The notes under the pieces are model-generated. The model was not told the origin of the DNA, made no database searches, and worked only from the letters and a program-made list of their open reading frames with translations. Of a DNA stretch of 64,000 nt, positions 1 through 10,102 are shown in pieces (position 1 is the stretch's first letter; each line of letters opens with the position of its first letter). The DNA lies in the IMG/VR virus record IMGVR_UViG_3300028584_001240. One strand, written 5' to 3'. The stretch comes from a virus. Lineage: Duplodnaviria > Heunggongvirae > Uroviricota > Caudoviricetes. Made by a program: the position numbers and the translations under genes.

Positions 1-1
1 T

Positions 2-349
2 CGGATTGATTCAATTTTGTTTAAGAAATACAATATGAATGAACCTAAATTAATCATTGCTGATGATATGATTTTAAACACTCAGGAAAATTGTTTATTC
101 TTTAATGTTTTAAAAACTCAAGAGATTATCAATGAAATGAGTGCTGATTATCAAAGTCATTATTTAACCACTCAACTGGTAAGCTTGTGTACTTTGTTCC
201 ACAAGTATTACGAAAGTGAAAAAATATTAGGACATGAAGAAGAGTATAAGAAATTATGCTTGATCGCTGCAGTGAAAGATGTCATTGAGAAAGGCTGCAA
301 TATCTTAGGTATTGAAACCTATCCATGTTTATCAAAAATGACTACTTAA
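2..349 (+). CDS. argS: Arginyl-tRNA synthetase, C-terminal DALR anticodon-binding domain (5'-truncated by window edge)
   Basis: Frame open from position 2 (RIDSILFKK, like the ArgRS 'ARIxSIL' motif); LCTLFHKYYESEKIL...LIAAVKDVIEKGCNILGI matches the DALR C-terminus. Confidence 0.8.
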   Translation, partial: RIDSILFKKYNMNEPKLIIADDMILNTQENCLFFNVLKTQEIINEMSADYQSHYLTTQLVSLCTLFHKYYESEKILGHEEEYKKLCLIAAVKDVIEKGCNILGIETYPCLSKMTT

Positions 350-381
350 AATGTAACGATTATTTCAAATTGAGGACAAAT

Positions 382-406
382 AAAAACCATCTCACGATGG
401 TTTTTT
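382..406. terminator. Bidirectional intrinsic terminator
   Basis: AAAAACCATC-TCAC-GATGGTTTTTT between convergent genes. Confidence 0.8.
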
Positions 407-409
407 ACT

Positions 410-769
410 TTATTCTGCTGGGCGTTGACTATCTATCTTTTCAAGTTTGTAAATTAAAGCTTCTTCACCACCACGAACACAAATTTCATAGACTTCACCT
501 TCCTCATCAGATAGGGCTAAACGGCCACGATAAAGGTCAGGTGGAAATTCTTTACCATCAGGGCTATAAAACTCTACAAAACTATTAAGAACATAGCTTG
601 TAGCACCATTTGGCATGATATGAACACCATTAAACTGATATTTGTCACTGCTATAAAAACATCTGTCAGGTGACTTTTCATCTATCTTAACAGGATCTAT
701 AAGTTCCTCAGCGAAAGACATTGAAGCTAAACCTGAAAGTAAAACGCCTACTATTAATTTTGAAAACAT
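410..769 (-). CDS. Secreted/periplasmic hypothetical protein
   Basis: Sec signal peptide ending ASMSFA; AGGAG RBS upstream. Confidence 0.7.
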   Translation of the reverse strand: MFSKLIVGVLLSGLASMSFAEELIDPVKIDEKSPDRCFYSSDKYQFNGVHIMPNGATSYVLNSFVEFYSPDGKEFPPDLYRGRLALSDEEGEVYEICVRGGEEALIYKLEKIDSQRPAE

Positions 770-839
770 ATAAAACTCCTATTAAATAATGCCATTTTCA
801 TTTTATCTACAAAAAAAATATTTTCAAGGAGTTGAATGA

Positions 840-1439
840 TTATTTGGTTGATTTATTAAAAAAAGAAGTCAAGAAATCAAAGTATTCAGGCCAGAAAGTC
901 AAGAAAAAAGTTAAAAATACGCCAACAAGTAAAAAGAAAAATAATGTAACAAGCGTTATAAAGTAATTCCGCTTATCGGCGTCCATCCCTAAAAAACCTT
1001 CGACGGTTGAATCTAATTGATAAAAAGACAATCCAACTGCTGCAATGAAAGCCAATCCTAGAATAAAAATATTAGGAGTTATGGCTGATGCACCTAACAA
1101 TGAAAAGGGAATGGATAAATAAATACAATAGTTAAGGCAATAAAGAAAACCATGCTCTTTATTGAGCTTATCGGTTATATAGGCCATAAACAAGGCAAAT
1201 AGAAGCACAAATGATAGCAATGAACAATAAATAATGAAAGATAACGTCAGTGAAGCTTCATACGATAGAAATTCTCGACTGCGTTGAAAGTTATGCCACC
1301 CTACAAAGTAAGATCCCATAAACATAGAGATTGAGGGAATGAAGGGTAACATGATGAAAAGTATTAAGTTATGAGCATTTATCTTTTTAAATTTGGAAAA
1401 AATTAAACTAGCCTTGTTTGGATTCGTCAATTGCGTCAT
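840..1439 (-). CDS. Yip1/YohC-family (DUF1282-like) inner membrane protein
   Basis: About five hydrophobic helices; 'LPFIPSISMFMGSYFVGW' and 'YLSIPFSLLG' resemble the YohC/Yip1 family; start moved to the ATG with RBS GGGGTG. Confidence 0.6.
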   Translation of the reverse strand: MTQLTNPNKASLIFSKFKKINAHNLILFIMLPFIPSISMFMGSYFVGWHNFQRSREFLSYEASLTLSFIIYCSLLSFVLLFALFMAYITDKLNKEHGFLYCLNYCIYLSIPFSLLGASAITPNIFILGLAFIAAVGLSFYQLDSTVEGFLGMDADKRNYFITLVTLFFFLLVGVFLTFFLTFWPEYFDFLTSFFNKSTK

Positions 1440-1521
1440 TTTTATCACCCCAATGTAATAAACATTCAGTGAACTTATAACACAATGCCAGTTTTTTGTC
1501 AAAGGCCGTTAATCTGGTTCT

Positions 1522-2187
1522 TTAAAATTGCATCATAGAAACAAGCGTCAATTTATTATCTAAATCATCAATAGTACTGATATCCAGCGTATCAGTGAAA
1601 GGTGGAAAGGTATCATTATAGTAATCTTCATAATTTTTATAAAATAAATACATAATTGCCATCTTATCGACTTTGTTCATGCAAAATTTTAATAGTTCTT
1701 GGTCTTTACCGTTGACACCATAAACACCTAATGGTTTATTATCTTTATTCATAAAGCAATAGATAACATGCTTAATGTCATCCCGCCAATGTTTATGTTT
1801 AGCAAGAAGACAATAAACAATTTTGTAGTCAAGCCGTAAACCAATATTGATCCAGTTCATGTCTTCAATAAAAATACTGGATATATATTCTTTTGTAATA
1901 CCATCATGAATAAAAGAATTACTTTGAATAAATTCATGTTTAAGTCGCAGGTTGAAACGGCTAATTTTTTTGACTATCTTGTAGTTTGTTTCTTTATCAT
2001 GTTTTTCAAGTGCCACTTCAAGATCAACAGCATGAATGCCATCAATAAAAACATGCAACGAATCTGCTTTTGGCGAGGTAGCGTTGATTTTAATTTTAAT
2101 GTCCATAGATTTCACATTTTGAAAAGACAATTGATTAAGAAAGTTAACCACTATCTTTTTTAGGAAATCAAAATTGTTTCTCTTCAT
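1522..2187 (-). CDS. Hypothetical protein with conserved C-terminal motif (…LTLVSMMQF)
   Basis: ORF track; own promoter and RBS; C-terminal L-x-x-M-x-x-F. Confidence 0.7.
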   Translation of the reverse strand: MKRNNFDFLKKIVVNFLNQLSFQNVKSMDIKIKINATSPKADSLHVFIDGIHAVDLEVALEKHDKETNYKIVKKISRFNLRLKHEFIQSNSFIHDGITKEYISSIFIEDMNWINIGLRLDYKIVYCLLAKHKHWRDDIKHVIYCFMNKDNKPLGVYGVNGKDQELLKFCMNKVDKMAIMYLFYKNYEDYYNDTFPPFTDTLDISTIDDLDNKLTLVSMMQF

Positions 2188-2243
2188 GACAGTATACCTT
2201 TTGGATTTACACTATTATAGCATTATAATAACATTTTATCAAT

Positions 2244-2269
2244 AAAAAAGACCACCGAAGTGGCCTTTT
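2244..2269 (-). terminator. Intrinsic terminator with C(UUCG)G tetraloop
   Basis: Minus strand GGCCAC-TTCG-GTGGTC followed by a U-run. Confidence 0.8.
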
Positions 2270-2285
2270 AACAAAGTTATGTAGT

Positions 2286-2774
2286 TTAAAAAGAATTATC
2301 TTCATCAACCACTTCAAAAACATCACCGTTGTCATCGTAGTATTCGATACGTTTAACAGACATCGTTGCAAAACCTTCTGATAAAACATCTTGTTCATAT
2401 AAGATGACATAAGGTGTGCCAATCACAGGTTTATGCATACTGAATTGAACAATATCATAGTTAATATCAATGAATGTCATATTACTGAGAGAATAAACAA
2501 CGCCATCCTGATATTCACGTTTTGGATTAATTCGCTCGTCAAAAAAATTGGCTCCACTATTATACATTTTTTCTTCAACAATAGCTTTATCTAATTCTTC
2601 TGAAACCATGATGAACTCTTTTAAATAGGCTTCCAACATTGCATAATCCGAATTATGAATCGTATATGTCCTGTAAGTATACAAATCATCATTACCAGTT
2701 CCATGTTTGTATTCAAACGTAATAACGAAACAATTCTTATACTTTTTTTCTATCGGTTTTATTGTTAATTTCAT
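2286..2774 (-). CDS. Hypothetical protein
   Basis: 162-aa ORF with AGGAG RBS. Confidence 0.65.
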   Translation of the reverse strand: MKLTIKPIEKKYKNCFVITFEYKHGTGNDDLYTYRTYTIHNSDYAMLEAYLKEFIMVSEELDKAIVEEKMYNSGANFFDERINPKREYQDGVVYSLSNMTFIDINYDIVQFSMHKPVIGTPYVILYEQDVLSEGFATMSVKRIEYYDDNGDVFEVVDEDNSF

Positions 2775-2790
2775 TTGTTAACTCCTGTTG

Positions 2791-4926
2791 TTATGCAGAT
2801 TTTGGCTTATGTTCTTTGAGCACAATACCTTTGGCATCTGCGACAATCTTAATCACTTTTTCCTTTGTTGCCTTATCACGCAATTCAGTATCGTTCTTGT
2901 TGTGAGCGGCATGAACCTTCATGTTTCTGGTTAATGTAATACCCACAATAGACTTATTGTCTTTTGAAGTAAGACTAAAGTCGTAAGCAAAAACTTGAAT
3001 ATTGCCACCCTCAGTATAGGTGCTGAAGTGATAATCTTCACGACTGATACACCAAGAAGGACTGCCCATTGCTTTTGACTGCTTGAACGTATCAATTTCA
3101 AGAACCAAGTAGTCTTCGGTTTCAAACAACACTTTCACATTGTTTGCTGCAGCTTTCATCTTAATATTTGAAATCTCAAATCCATTAATACTGTTCAACA
3201 ACGACTTCAAGGCAGCATTCAAAGAGCGAGTGTTTTTAATGCTTGCCATCTTTTTACCAATCATATCTTGAAGAATGTGAGTGCTAATACCCATATCATA
3301 GAGTTCTTCCATGATTGAGAGTGTTTTATCACTATATAGGCTCTTATACTTATTACTCACAATACTCATCGCATATTGCTCAATTTTATGCTTACGAACC
3401 ACTTTGTGAATTTTGTCATCGAATTCTTCAAAAGTACGAGAAGTCTTCAATTCATTAATCATGTCAAAATTATGAGCCTTCAAAATGTTTTCATTATCAA
3501 AATAACTTTTTAAACCAACTTTCAAACCTTTAAGCGAACTAAATAGCAAATGCTGGTTGTTGACATGTTTTGTTCTCAAGTTACGCATTAACACCTTAAC
3601 TGATTTGTTCATTGATGGATTTTTACGCAACATGTGGTTAATCTCATCCATGTAACCATCCAAAACCAATTCTGTGCCAATAAAAGAACTTGGACTATAC
3701 TGAAAGCCTTCATAACCTTTTTTCTTAACAGCTACTGATTTATCATCAAATACGATAGCTGCTGTAATACTAGAATTCTTAATATTATTAATAGCGGCTA
3801 CAATATTGAGATCTCTAAATTCAGCATCAAAATCAGTGGCTTTCATAATGTCTTCATGACGTGAAGCATAGGTGTCTAAAAACCTAATAGCCAGCAACGA
3901 CTTACAATTCATGTGAATGTCAGTTTTTTCAATCAAAATTTCACAAATTTTTAAAACTTTCTTGTAGTCTGCAATCAACATATCCTGATTAAACAATTCA
4001 TGAGCTTCCCGAGAAACAAGAATGTCTTTATTGGATTCAATAAAATCAGTTAACATACGCTCTTGTTCAGCAAACAGTTCTTTGAATTTCTCATTCAAGA
4101 CTGGCCCAACTGGACGATTAACGGGCATTCCTTGATGACCAAAAAAGTTACTGTATCCTCTTGAATTTTCAAAACCTCGTGGAGCAGCACTATGACGATC
4201 TTCGGTAAAAGCCATGAACATGTCAACAAAATCACCAGATTTAACAACAAAATCTACAAACGTTTCATAACGAGTTTTAAAAAACTTATTAGATTCATAA
4301 GTCGATTCAATAATTTTATTCAACTCTTTAACTTCTTTGGCACACGTCATATGCAATGACGGAACAGCCTGTTCCCATTGTTTCAACAATGTTGAGTAAT
4401 CCACAGACAGGCTATAACTATAATAACCAATCATATATTGAATAACAGAATGCATTTGTTGGTACAAACCACGGCATTTGCTCACAAATTTAATGGTAGC
4501 CATCGCTTCTTTGCCATACTTCGATATGTCTTGCTTATTTCTTGGATTCGAATTAAAGAAACTGTTGCCATGACAAGGTTCATTATCCAAAAACTCATCA
4601 TCGAAACGCTCATCTCTTGTGAGTCGGGCTAATTGTTGTTTAAAAGGTTGCCCAGATCCTTCTAGAATAAAGGAATAATCAAGCCCAGACAAAGACTTCA
4701 AAGTATTTACATCTAGATCACTGGATGAAAGAAAAGAACGTCCTGACGCATATTGAGGACGAATATTGTTTTGATTAAACATGAATGATTTTGTAACATC
4801 TTTATTAGCTGCCAAATTTTCAAGTGCATTAAAAATAAATGGAACACTGTGCCTTGATGAGTGATGGCTGTTGTTTCTATAATCATTAAAAAAGTGTACA
4901 ATAAGTGCTTCATTCGTTTGCATCAT
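2791..4926 (-). CDS. Large hypothetical protein with C-terminal PcfJ-related domain
   Basis: C-terminal LVLEIDTFKQSKAMGSPSWCISR…HFSTY resembles the PcfJ-superfamily 'G..WC' domain; start refined to GAGGA-ATG. Confidence 0.5.
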   Translation of the reverse strand: MMQTNEALIVHFFNDYRNNSHHSSRHSVPFIFNALENLAANKDVTKSFMFNQNNIRPQYASGRSFLSSSDLDVNTLKSLSGLDYSFILEGSGQPFKQQLARLTRDERFDDEFLDNEPCHGNSFFNSNPRNKQDISKYGKEAMATIKFVSKCRGLYQQMHSVIQYMIGYYSYSLSVDYSTLLKQWEQAVPSLHMTCAKEVKELNKIIESTYESNKFFKTRYETFVDFVVKSGDFVDMFMAFTEDRHSAAPRGFENSRGYSNFFGHQGMPVNRPVGPVLNEKFKELFAEQERMLTDFIESNKDILVSREAHELFNQDMLIADYKKVLKICEILIEKTDIHMNCKSLLAIRFLDTYASRHEDIMKATDFDAEFRDLNIVAAINNIKNSSITAAIVFDDKSVAVKKKGYEGFQYSPSSFIGTELVLDGYMDEINHMLRKNPSMNKSVKVLMRNLRTKHVNNQHLLFSSLKGLKVGLKSYFDNENILKAHNFDMINELKTSRTFEEFDDKIHKVVRKHKIEQYAMSIVSNKYKSLYSDKTLSIMEELYDMGISTHILQDMIGKKMASIKNTRSLNAALKSLLNSINGFEISNIKMKAAANNVKVLFETEDYLVLEIDTFKQSKAMGSPSWCISREDYHFSTYTEGGNIQVFAYDFSLTSKDNKSIVGITLTRNMKVHAAHNKNDTELRDKATKEKVIKIVADAKGIVLKEHKPKSA

Positions 4927-4986
4927 AAAATCCTCATAATTTACAAAATTGTACCATTTTAAAAGCAAAATATCAACAAAAATAAG

Positions 4987-5778
4987 TCAAATTGACACCA
5001 TTTTAAAAAGTAATATAAACTGTTCTATTTCTTCTGACTTCATATTCATAAATTCAGCTAATGTGAGGCCAGATAAACTCATGATTGTATTTAATTTACG
5101 ATACATATTATTCATGATTATTTTTTTTAGATTCATCATACATTGATTTATATCAACAGATTCAAATCTGCCATTTTGAATTTTAAACAAAAAATCATAT
5201 TCTTTTGATGCCGATATAATAGTTCTGTTTTGTTGGTCATCGTCAACAGGAAATGAAAATTCAATAACAGGAAGTAAAACCTGTTCACCAGAGGGTAATT
5301 GAATTTTTGCTATCGCCAATGAACAAATCAAAGCCCTATCACGATTATATAAACCAGTATGAGATATTTTTATCGTACTGGAAAAATCGTTCGAGTTATC
5401 TTGAGTTCCATATAATTGATTAGACTGTTGCCATGTATCTTTATTAAAAGGTGATTTTAAAGGTTCATTAAAAAATGAAACAGAATCATAGAGAATATTA
5501 GCATTATGCAAAACGGCATCATAATAACAAAAATTCAAAGGAAATACATCGTTTAAAATATCAACAGTTTTTAAATGCACTGAATTATCTGAAAATAAAC
5601 TTATTAGTTTTGATGTATGAATACCATTAGTTATTTTAATACTATTTTCATCAGCATCTGTCAAAACAACATGAGTATTTTTATTAATTTTACCTAAAAA
5701 CCCATAATCATCAAATAATTGAGAAATAGTTTCGAGATCATTTTTATTCAGATCACAAATTTTAAAATTATTCATCAA
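4987..5778 (-). CDS. Hypothetical protein, paralog pair A, C-terminal motif (…LLFKMVSI)
   Basis: Shares FFxEPLKxPF..TW and IAKI..PVI.F motifs with 5801..6604. Confidence 0.75.
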   Translation of the reverse strand: MMNNFKICDLNKNDLETISQLFDDYGFLGKINKNTHVVLTDADENSIKITNGIHTSKLISLFSDNSVHLKTVDILNDVFPLNFCYYDAVLHNANILYDSVSFFNEPLKSPFNKDTWQQSNQLYGTQDNSNDFSSTIKISHTGLYNRDRALICSLAIAKIQLPSGEQVLLPVIEFSFPVDDDQQNRTIISASKEYDFLFKIQNGRFESVDINQCMMNLKKIIMNNMYRKLNTIMSLSGLTLAEFMNMKSEEIEQFILLFKMVSI

Positions 5779-5800
5779 ACACCTCTTTATAGATAAGAAA

Positions 5801-6604
5801 TTAAACTTTTAACATATTTGAAACCATGATAAATCGTTCTCTTTCGTCATCATCCAATTGTTTAAAATCTTTCAAAGCTACATCATCCATACCAATAGAT
5901 TTTGATAAACTGTTATAAATATGAGTCACCAATGATTTATTGTGCTTTTCAAAAAAAACATCATGTTCTGAGCGGTCGAGGTAGATCATTTTACCACTGT
6001 GTTGATAAAACATAAAATCATGTTTTTGACTGGCTGAGACAATCACTGTTCTATTCGTGATTCTGGACATAGGTAAAGTGAATTTTATGACTGGAACATA
6101 CCCATAAGTGCAATCAGCAAATTTAATTTTAGCAATTGAAAGTCTATGTTTCAACACCATGCGAGAATCATGTTGTCCTGCCGATGTATGACGGATTTTA
6201 ATATTTCTTGAAAAATCATCACATAGTTTTCTCTTTCTTGGGGATGGCTTAAACTGTTCCCATGTAGAATCTTCAAATGGGATTTTTAAAGGTTCATCAA
6301 AAAAATTGTTGATTGCATAAATTGGGTTCACTTTATCAATGATTTCTTGATAATAAGAAAAATCTAATGGATAAGTCTTTTTAAGAAAGTCAATAATAGG
6401 CAATGCCATTTTAGCGTCAGAATAATTGAGATGTATCGTAGCTGCATAATTCTGATTCGATACACTAATTCGATTAGACTGAGAATCGACAATGGATGTG
6501 TGAACATCCAAGTATTCACGGCCTAGTGAGAATCCACTACCAAAAGAGGCAGTGATTTCTTTTAAATCATCTTTTATTAACTTGCAAATAATAATATTTT
6601 TCAT
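5801..6604 (-). CDS. Hypothetical protein, paralog pair A, C-terminal motif (…MVSNMLKV)
   Basis: Paralog of 4987..5778. Confidence 0.75.
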   Translation of the reverse strand: MKNIIICKLIKDDLKEITASFGSGFSLGREYLDVHTSIVDSQSNRISVSNQNYAATIHLNYSDAKMALPIIDFLKKTYPLDFSYYQEIIDKVNPIYAINNFFDEPLKIPFEDSTWEQFKPSPRKRKLCDDFSRNIKIRHTSAGQHDSRMVLKHRLSIAKIKFADCTYGYVPVIKFTLPMSRITNRTVIVSASQKHDFMFYQHSGKMIYLDRSEHDVFFEKHNKSLVTHIYNSLSKSIGMDDVALKDFKQLDDDERERFIMVSNMLKV

Positions 6605-6963
6605 AATTTAACCTTCTGACATAAGTCTTTTATGGATGCGTCGTCTTTTTCTTTTTTTACTCGTTCTAAAATAAGATTACGTTTTGTTAATTCAGCATGA
6701 GCCATAATGAGAGCCTGCAAAACCCTTTTATAATGACCAGATTCACAGATATTGTAAGGGTCATTAGAAAGTATTTTAAAGGTGTTCGCTTCAAAATTAT
6801 AGACAAGAAGTGTCGGTTCTTCCTCTCTGCGAATAAATAAGAAATGATTCTTAATTTCATAATAGAAAGGTAGTTCTGGAAGTTCATTATAGGTGGTGTT
6901 AAAACGTAATTCATCAATAATCGCATTGACAATTCGTTTCCTTTCAAAATAGTTGCCAAACAT
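6601..6963 (-). CDS. Hypothetical protein
   Basis: 120-aa ORF, GAGG RBS, ATGA overlap with the next gene. Confidence 0.65.
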   Translation of the reverse strand: MFGNYFERKRIVNAIIDELRFNTTYNELPELPFYYEIKNHFLFIRREEEPTLLVYNFEANTFKILSNDPYNICESGHYKRVLQALIMAHAELTKRNLILERVKKEKDDASIKDLCQKVKL

Positions 6964-7166
6964 AGAAGCCCCTCATGAGTTTGATGAATTATAGCAAAAT
7001 TCAAAGGAAACATCAATAAATTTTTATAATATACTAAAAGAAAGTGTTCAATAACACCAAACCATTTGAATACCACTCATCAGGAGGATGTTGGTGAGGC
7101 GTTGAATTATAATTATTTTGTGATATATTCTGAGGCACTTTAATGAGAATAAAAAAGGATATTGAT

Positions 7167-7574
7167 ATGTTTTCGATTGCAACATTAATAAGTGGGATCT
7201 GTTGGTTACTGGTGGCTATCACATTGTTAGCCGATTTTGCATTCTTAAAAAACAGCCCTTCATTGTCCATAATATTTAATATCATTAGCATTGTTTTCTT
7301 CGTTGTAGGTTGTTCATTATTTATATACAGCCGACACCTTTGTAGTAAAATTAGAAAATTTAAAAAGAAAACAAAATCTAAACTACAAAAATTAAATAAA
7401 GAAGGACGGCTTCAATATCTCTCGACAGTTAAAAAGTATGACTTCATGACAGAAAGTGGGAGACTTAATAACTGGCGAGGGGTGCTTTATTGCCTACAAT
7501 TGAAAATTCCTGAATATATTCTCACGAAGACAATAATCGAAGAACTTAATTTCGAAGACAATCGGGAGGAATAA
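7167..7574 (+). CDS. Two-TM membrane protein, hypothetical
   Basis: Two hydrophobic helices then a basic tract; AAGGA RBS before ATG 7167. Confidence 0.65.
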   Translation: MFSIATLISGICWLLVAITLLADFAFLKNSPSLSIIFNIISIVFFVVGCSLFIYSRHLCSKIRKFKKKTKSKLQKLNKEGRLQYLSTVKKYDFMTESGRLNNWRGVLYCLQLKIPEYILTKTIIEELNFEDNREE

Positions 7575-7575
7575 T

Positions 7576-7734
7576 ATGAACGATAATGAAACAAAAGCCG
7601 TAAAATTATGTGTAGCAAGTATTTTATTTATGATGGGAATGTGGATTTTTTTTGGTTTCAAACATCATAGCTCTGGTTACGAATATCAAGCACTGTCCGA
7701 ATACAACACCATCCCAGAATACAGTGGATTGTAA
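7576..7734 (+). CDS. Small single-TM protein (52 aa, not in ORF track)
   Basis: GGAGG RBS then MNDNETKAVKLCVASILFMMGMWIFFGFK…YSGL*. Confidence 0.55.
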   Translation: MNDNETKAVKLCVASILFMMGMWIFFGFKHHSSGYEYQALSEYNTIPEYSGL

Positions 7735-7744
7735 AAAAAGAGAC

Positions 7745-8320
7745 TCACGCCTCTTTCTTATGCTCAATCAATAACTGATTAAAATATTCTAACTTATAAT
7801 CTATCTTAGCTAATTCTTTTAACAATTTATCCCTTTCAATTAATAACACGTTTTTAGAAAGGATTTGATTGTCATTAAGTGATACTATCTCATTGTTCGA
7901 TAACATCACAGAATAGCTACGATATGAGCCAAAATCTTGCGTGCTTAATATTTTAACAATCTTCAATCCATTTAATTCTGGAAGCTCGGGTGTGTTCACC
8001 ATCATATCGAAAAGTGGATCTTCACCTTTTGACATAATAGATTTATAATTCCTTGACCAGTATAGCTTTAAGAAGACAGCATACACTGGGAACAACACAA
8101 TGTTACTGACCCACAACAAAACTAAGCCCAGATAAGACAAAGCACTACCAATCGTCAAATAGCCTTTCAAATAATCATAATCAGCTTTTAACTCAGTAAA
8201 GATTTTTCCACTAATAGTCAGTGAGGCCAATACACCACACCATTGAAAATAACTCATCTTTGATTTCTGTGAAAAAGGAATATCCTTAAACAACTCTTTA
8301 AACATCGATCTCTGGCTCAT
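7745..8320 (-). CDS. Membrane protein, hypothetical
   Basis: Hydrophobic segments; GGAG RBS. Confidence 0.6.
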   Translation of the reverse strand: MSQRSMFKELFKDIPFSQKSKMSYFQWCGVLASLTISGKIFTELKADYDYLKGYLTIGSALSYLGLVLLWVSNIVLFPVYAVFLKLYWSRNYKSIMSKGEDPLFDMMVNTPELPELNGLKIVKILSTQDFGSYRSYSVMLSNNEIVSLNDNQILSKNVLLIERDKLLKELAKIDYKLEYFNQLLIEHKKEA

Positions 8321-8741
8321 TTCGTTTTAACTCCACGGTTCCTTCTTTAAACAATATAGCAAATAAAAAGCTGAACAACAAGCCGATATTGATGACATAA
8401 TTAAAGATGAAAGATGAATTAACATTATCAATTAAAACAATTTTAATGTTCAATAATAGAATATTCTTAATTTTATCAACTAATAGTTCTTTCTTATAGA
8501 GAGAATCTTTATAAGATTTGAATGCTTGATCGGAAAGTGCTTCCATATCAGCCTTGAAATAATAAGGCTTTGCCATCAACATTTTTAATTTCTCTTTATT
8601 CTCAAGACTGGCTTGTGGGACAATATAACTATTGACTATACCATCCATGTTGCTCTTGATAGTAGAGTAAAACATATAGTTAAACCCATAACATAACAAC
8701 ACTAAAAAAAACATAAAGTAATATTTACTACTAATTCTCAT
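8298..8741 (-). CDS. Two-TM membrane protein, hypothetical
   Basis: N- and C-terminal TM helices; GAGG RBS. Confidence 0.6.
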   Translation of the reverse strand: MRISSKYYFMFFLVLLCYGFNYMFYSTIKSNMDGIVNSYIVPQASLENKEKLKMLMAKPYYFKADMEALSDQAFKSYKDSLYKKELLVDKIKNILLLNIKIVLIDNVNSSFIFNYVINIGLLFSFLFAILFKEGTVELKRNEPEIDV

Positions 8742-8864
8742 AACAACCTCTCTTTACAGTTAAAAGGAATTTACCACAAAATATCAAAAAATCAATGTTG
8801 TTTCGTCATTGTTTTTACTTAAAATAATAGTAATATAGAGTAATAAACAAGTATCGGACACCAC

Positions 8865-10088
8865 ATGAAAAATACAAATGCCAATATACTGGTATTGTTG
8901 AGTAATCACCTTTTCTTGAAAGAATACCTTTTAAAAATAGGTGTTATCGAATCAAAAGATAATAATATCAAAGGTAAGATTAACACGTTTTCTGTCAGTG
9001 AGAATAATTTGAACTTTCAGTTGACTGAATATTATGCTGCAGTTGACATAAAAATAATACTGTCATTTTTCCTACCTCACTTTACTAAAAATGAAATAAA
9101 ACAAGTTATATCCATGTTTGAATTTCATCATAATCTTTTTTGTGCTCCATTAGGTGAAAATGAAGTGTTTCATTTTGTTGTCACTAATAATCATGTTACA
9201 TTTAGCAGCAAACTCGTTGAATTCCAAGTGACTAAGCACTCTTTTGAGATATATCAGGAATGCTCATTTTTTGAAAGTGCATATTCATTAAAAAAATTAA
9301 ACGTAGTTGATTTTCAAAAAGCAATTATTGAACAGTTAAAAAAATCGCTATCACTCTATTTCAATAAAGACATAAAAAAAGTAAACAATACAATCATTGC
9401 TAATGTTGTGAATGAATCTATTCAAGATTACGATGCTCGGATCAATCATAAAGCTTTTTTTAAACAGTGGACTGATCATGATTTTTGTAAGAATATCAAT
9501 AATTCAAAATTATCATATGTCTTAAAAAATTATATTTATGAAGATGAAGAGTCTGATGCGTCTCTTAGTTTTCTAGAAAATAAAGATATAGCAATCATTA
9601 AACAAGATACAGAAACCAATATTATTGAATTAGATAACTTAAAAGACAGAATATCACTCTTTGTTGATGTCAATAATATAAATGTAATGAGAACAATATT
9701 GAAGCCAGTATTTCATGAAAAAGAATTGTCTTACTTACTCTCAATCATATCCCTAATGAGTTTTATAGAACAAATTGAAAACCCTTACTCCAGACAGAAG
9801 TTAATATCTATTGAAAAAGAACCCACTCTGTTTGATTCGAAAGAATATGTATTTTGCACTAATTACATTTTCAATATAAGTTTAGGTGATTTTAGCTTGA
9901 ATATTGGTAGAGAAACTGAAATAAGGTCTTATAGCCTACATGATTACAATTATTCATCTGACAAATTCAGTCTTATTTATAAAAATCTTGTCAACCTTTT
10001 AAAAAAATGGCTAACTAAGTCATTAGATGTCGAATCCAAAGAATTAACATTTGAACATGTCAGATTACAACAAATGAAAAACTCATAA
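8865..10088 (+). CDS. Hypothetical protein, paralog pair B, C-terminal motif (…RLQQMKNS)
   Basis: Colinear similarity with 10103..11350 (EIKQ.(I/V)SMF, LSYLLSII, IGR.TE). Confidence 0.8.
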   Translation: MKNTNANILVLLSNHLFLKEYLLKIGVIESKDNNIKGKINTFSVSENNLNFQLTEYYAAVDIKIILSFFLPHFTKNEIKQVISMFEFHHNLFCAPLGENEVFHFVVTNNHVTFSSKLVEFQVTKHSFEIYQECSFFESAYSLKKLNVVDFQKAIIEQLKKSLSLYFNKDIKKVNNTIIANVVNESIQDYDARINHKAFFKQWTDHDFCKNINNSKLSYVLKNYIYEDEESDASLSFLENKDIAIIKQDTETNIIELDNLKDRISLFVDVNNINVMRTILKPVFHEKELSYLLSIISLMSFIEQIENPYSRQKLISIEKEPTLFDSKEYVFCTNYIFNISLGDFSLNIGRETEIRSYSLHDYNYSSDKFSLIYKNLVNLLKKWLTKSLDVESKELTFEHVRLQQMKNS

Positions 10089-10102
10089 AGAGCAGGCTAA
10101 AA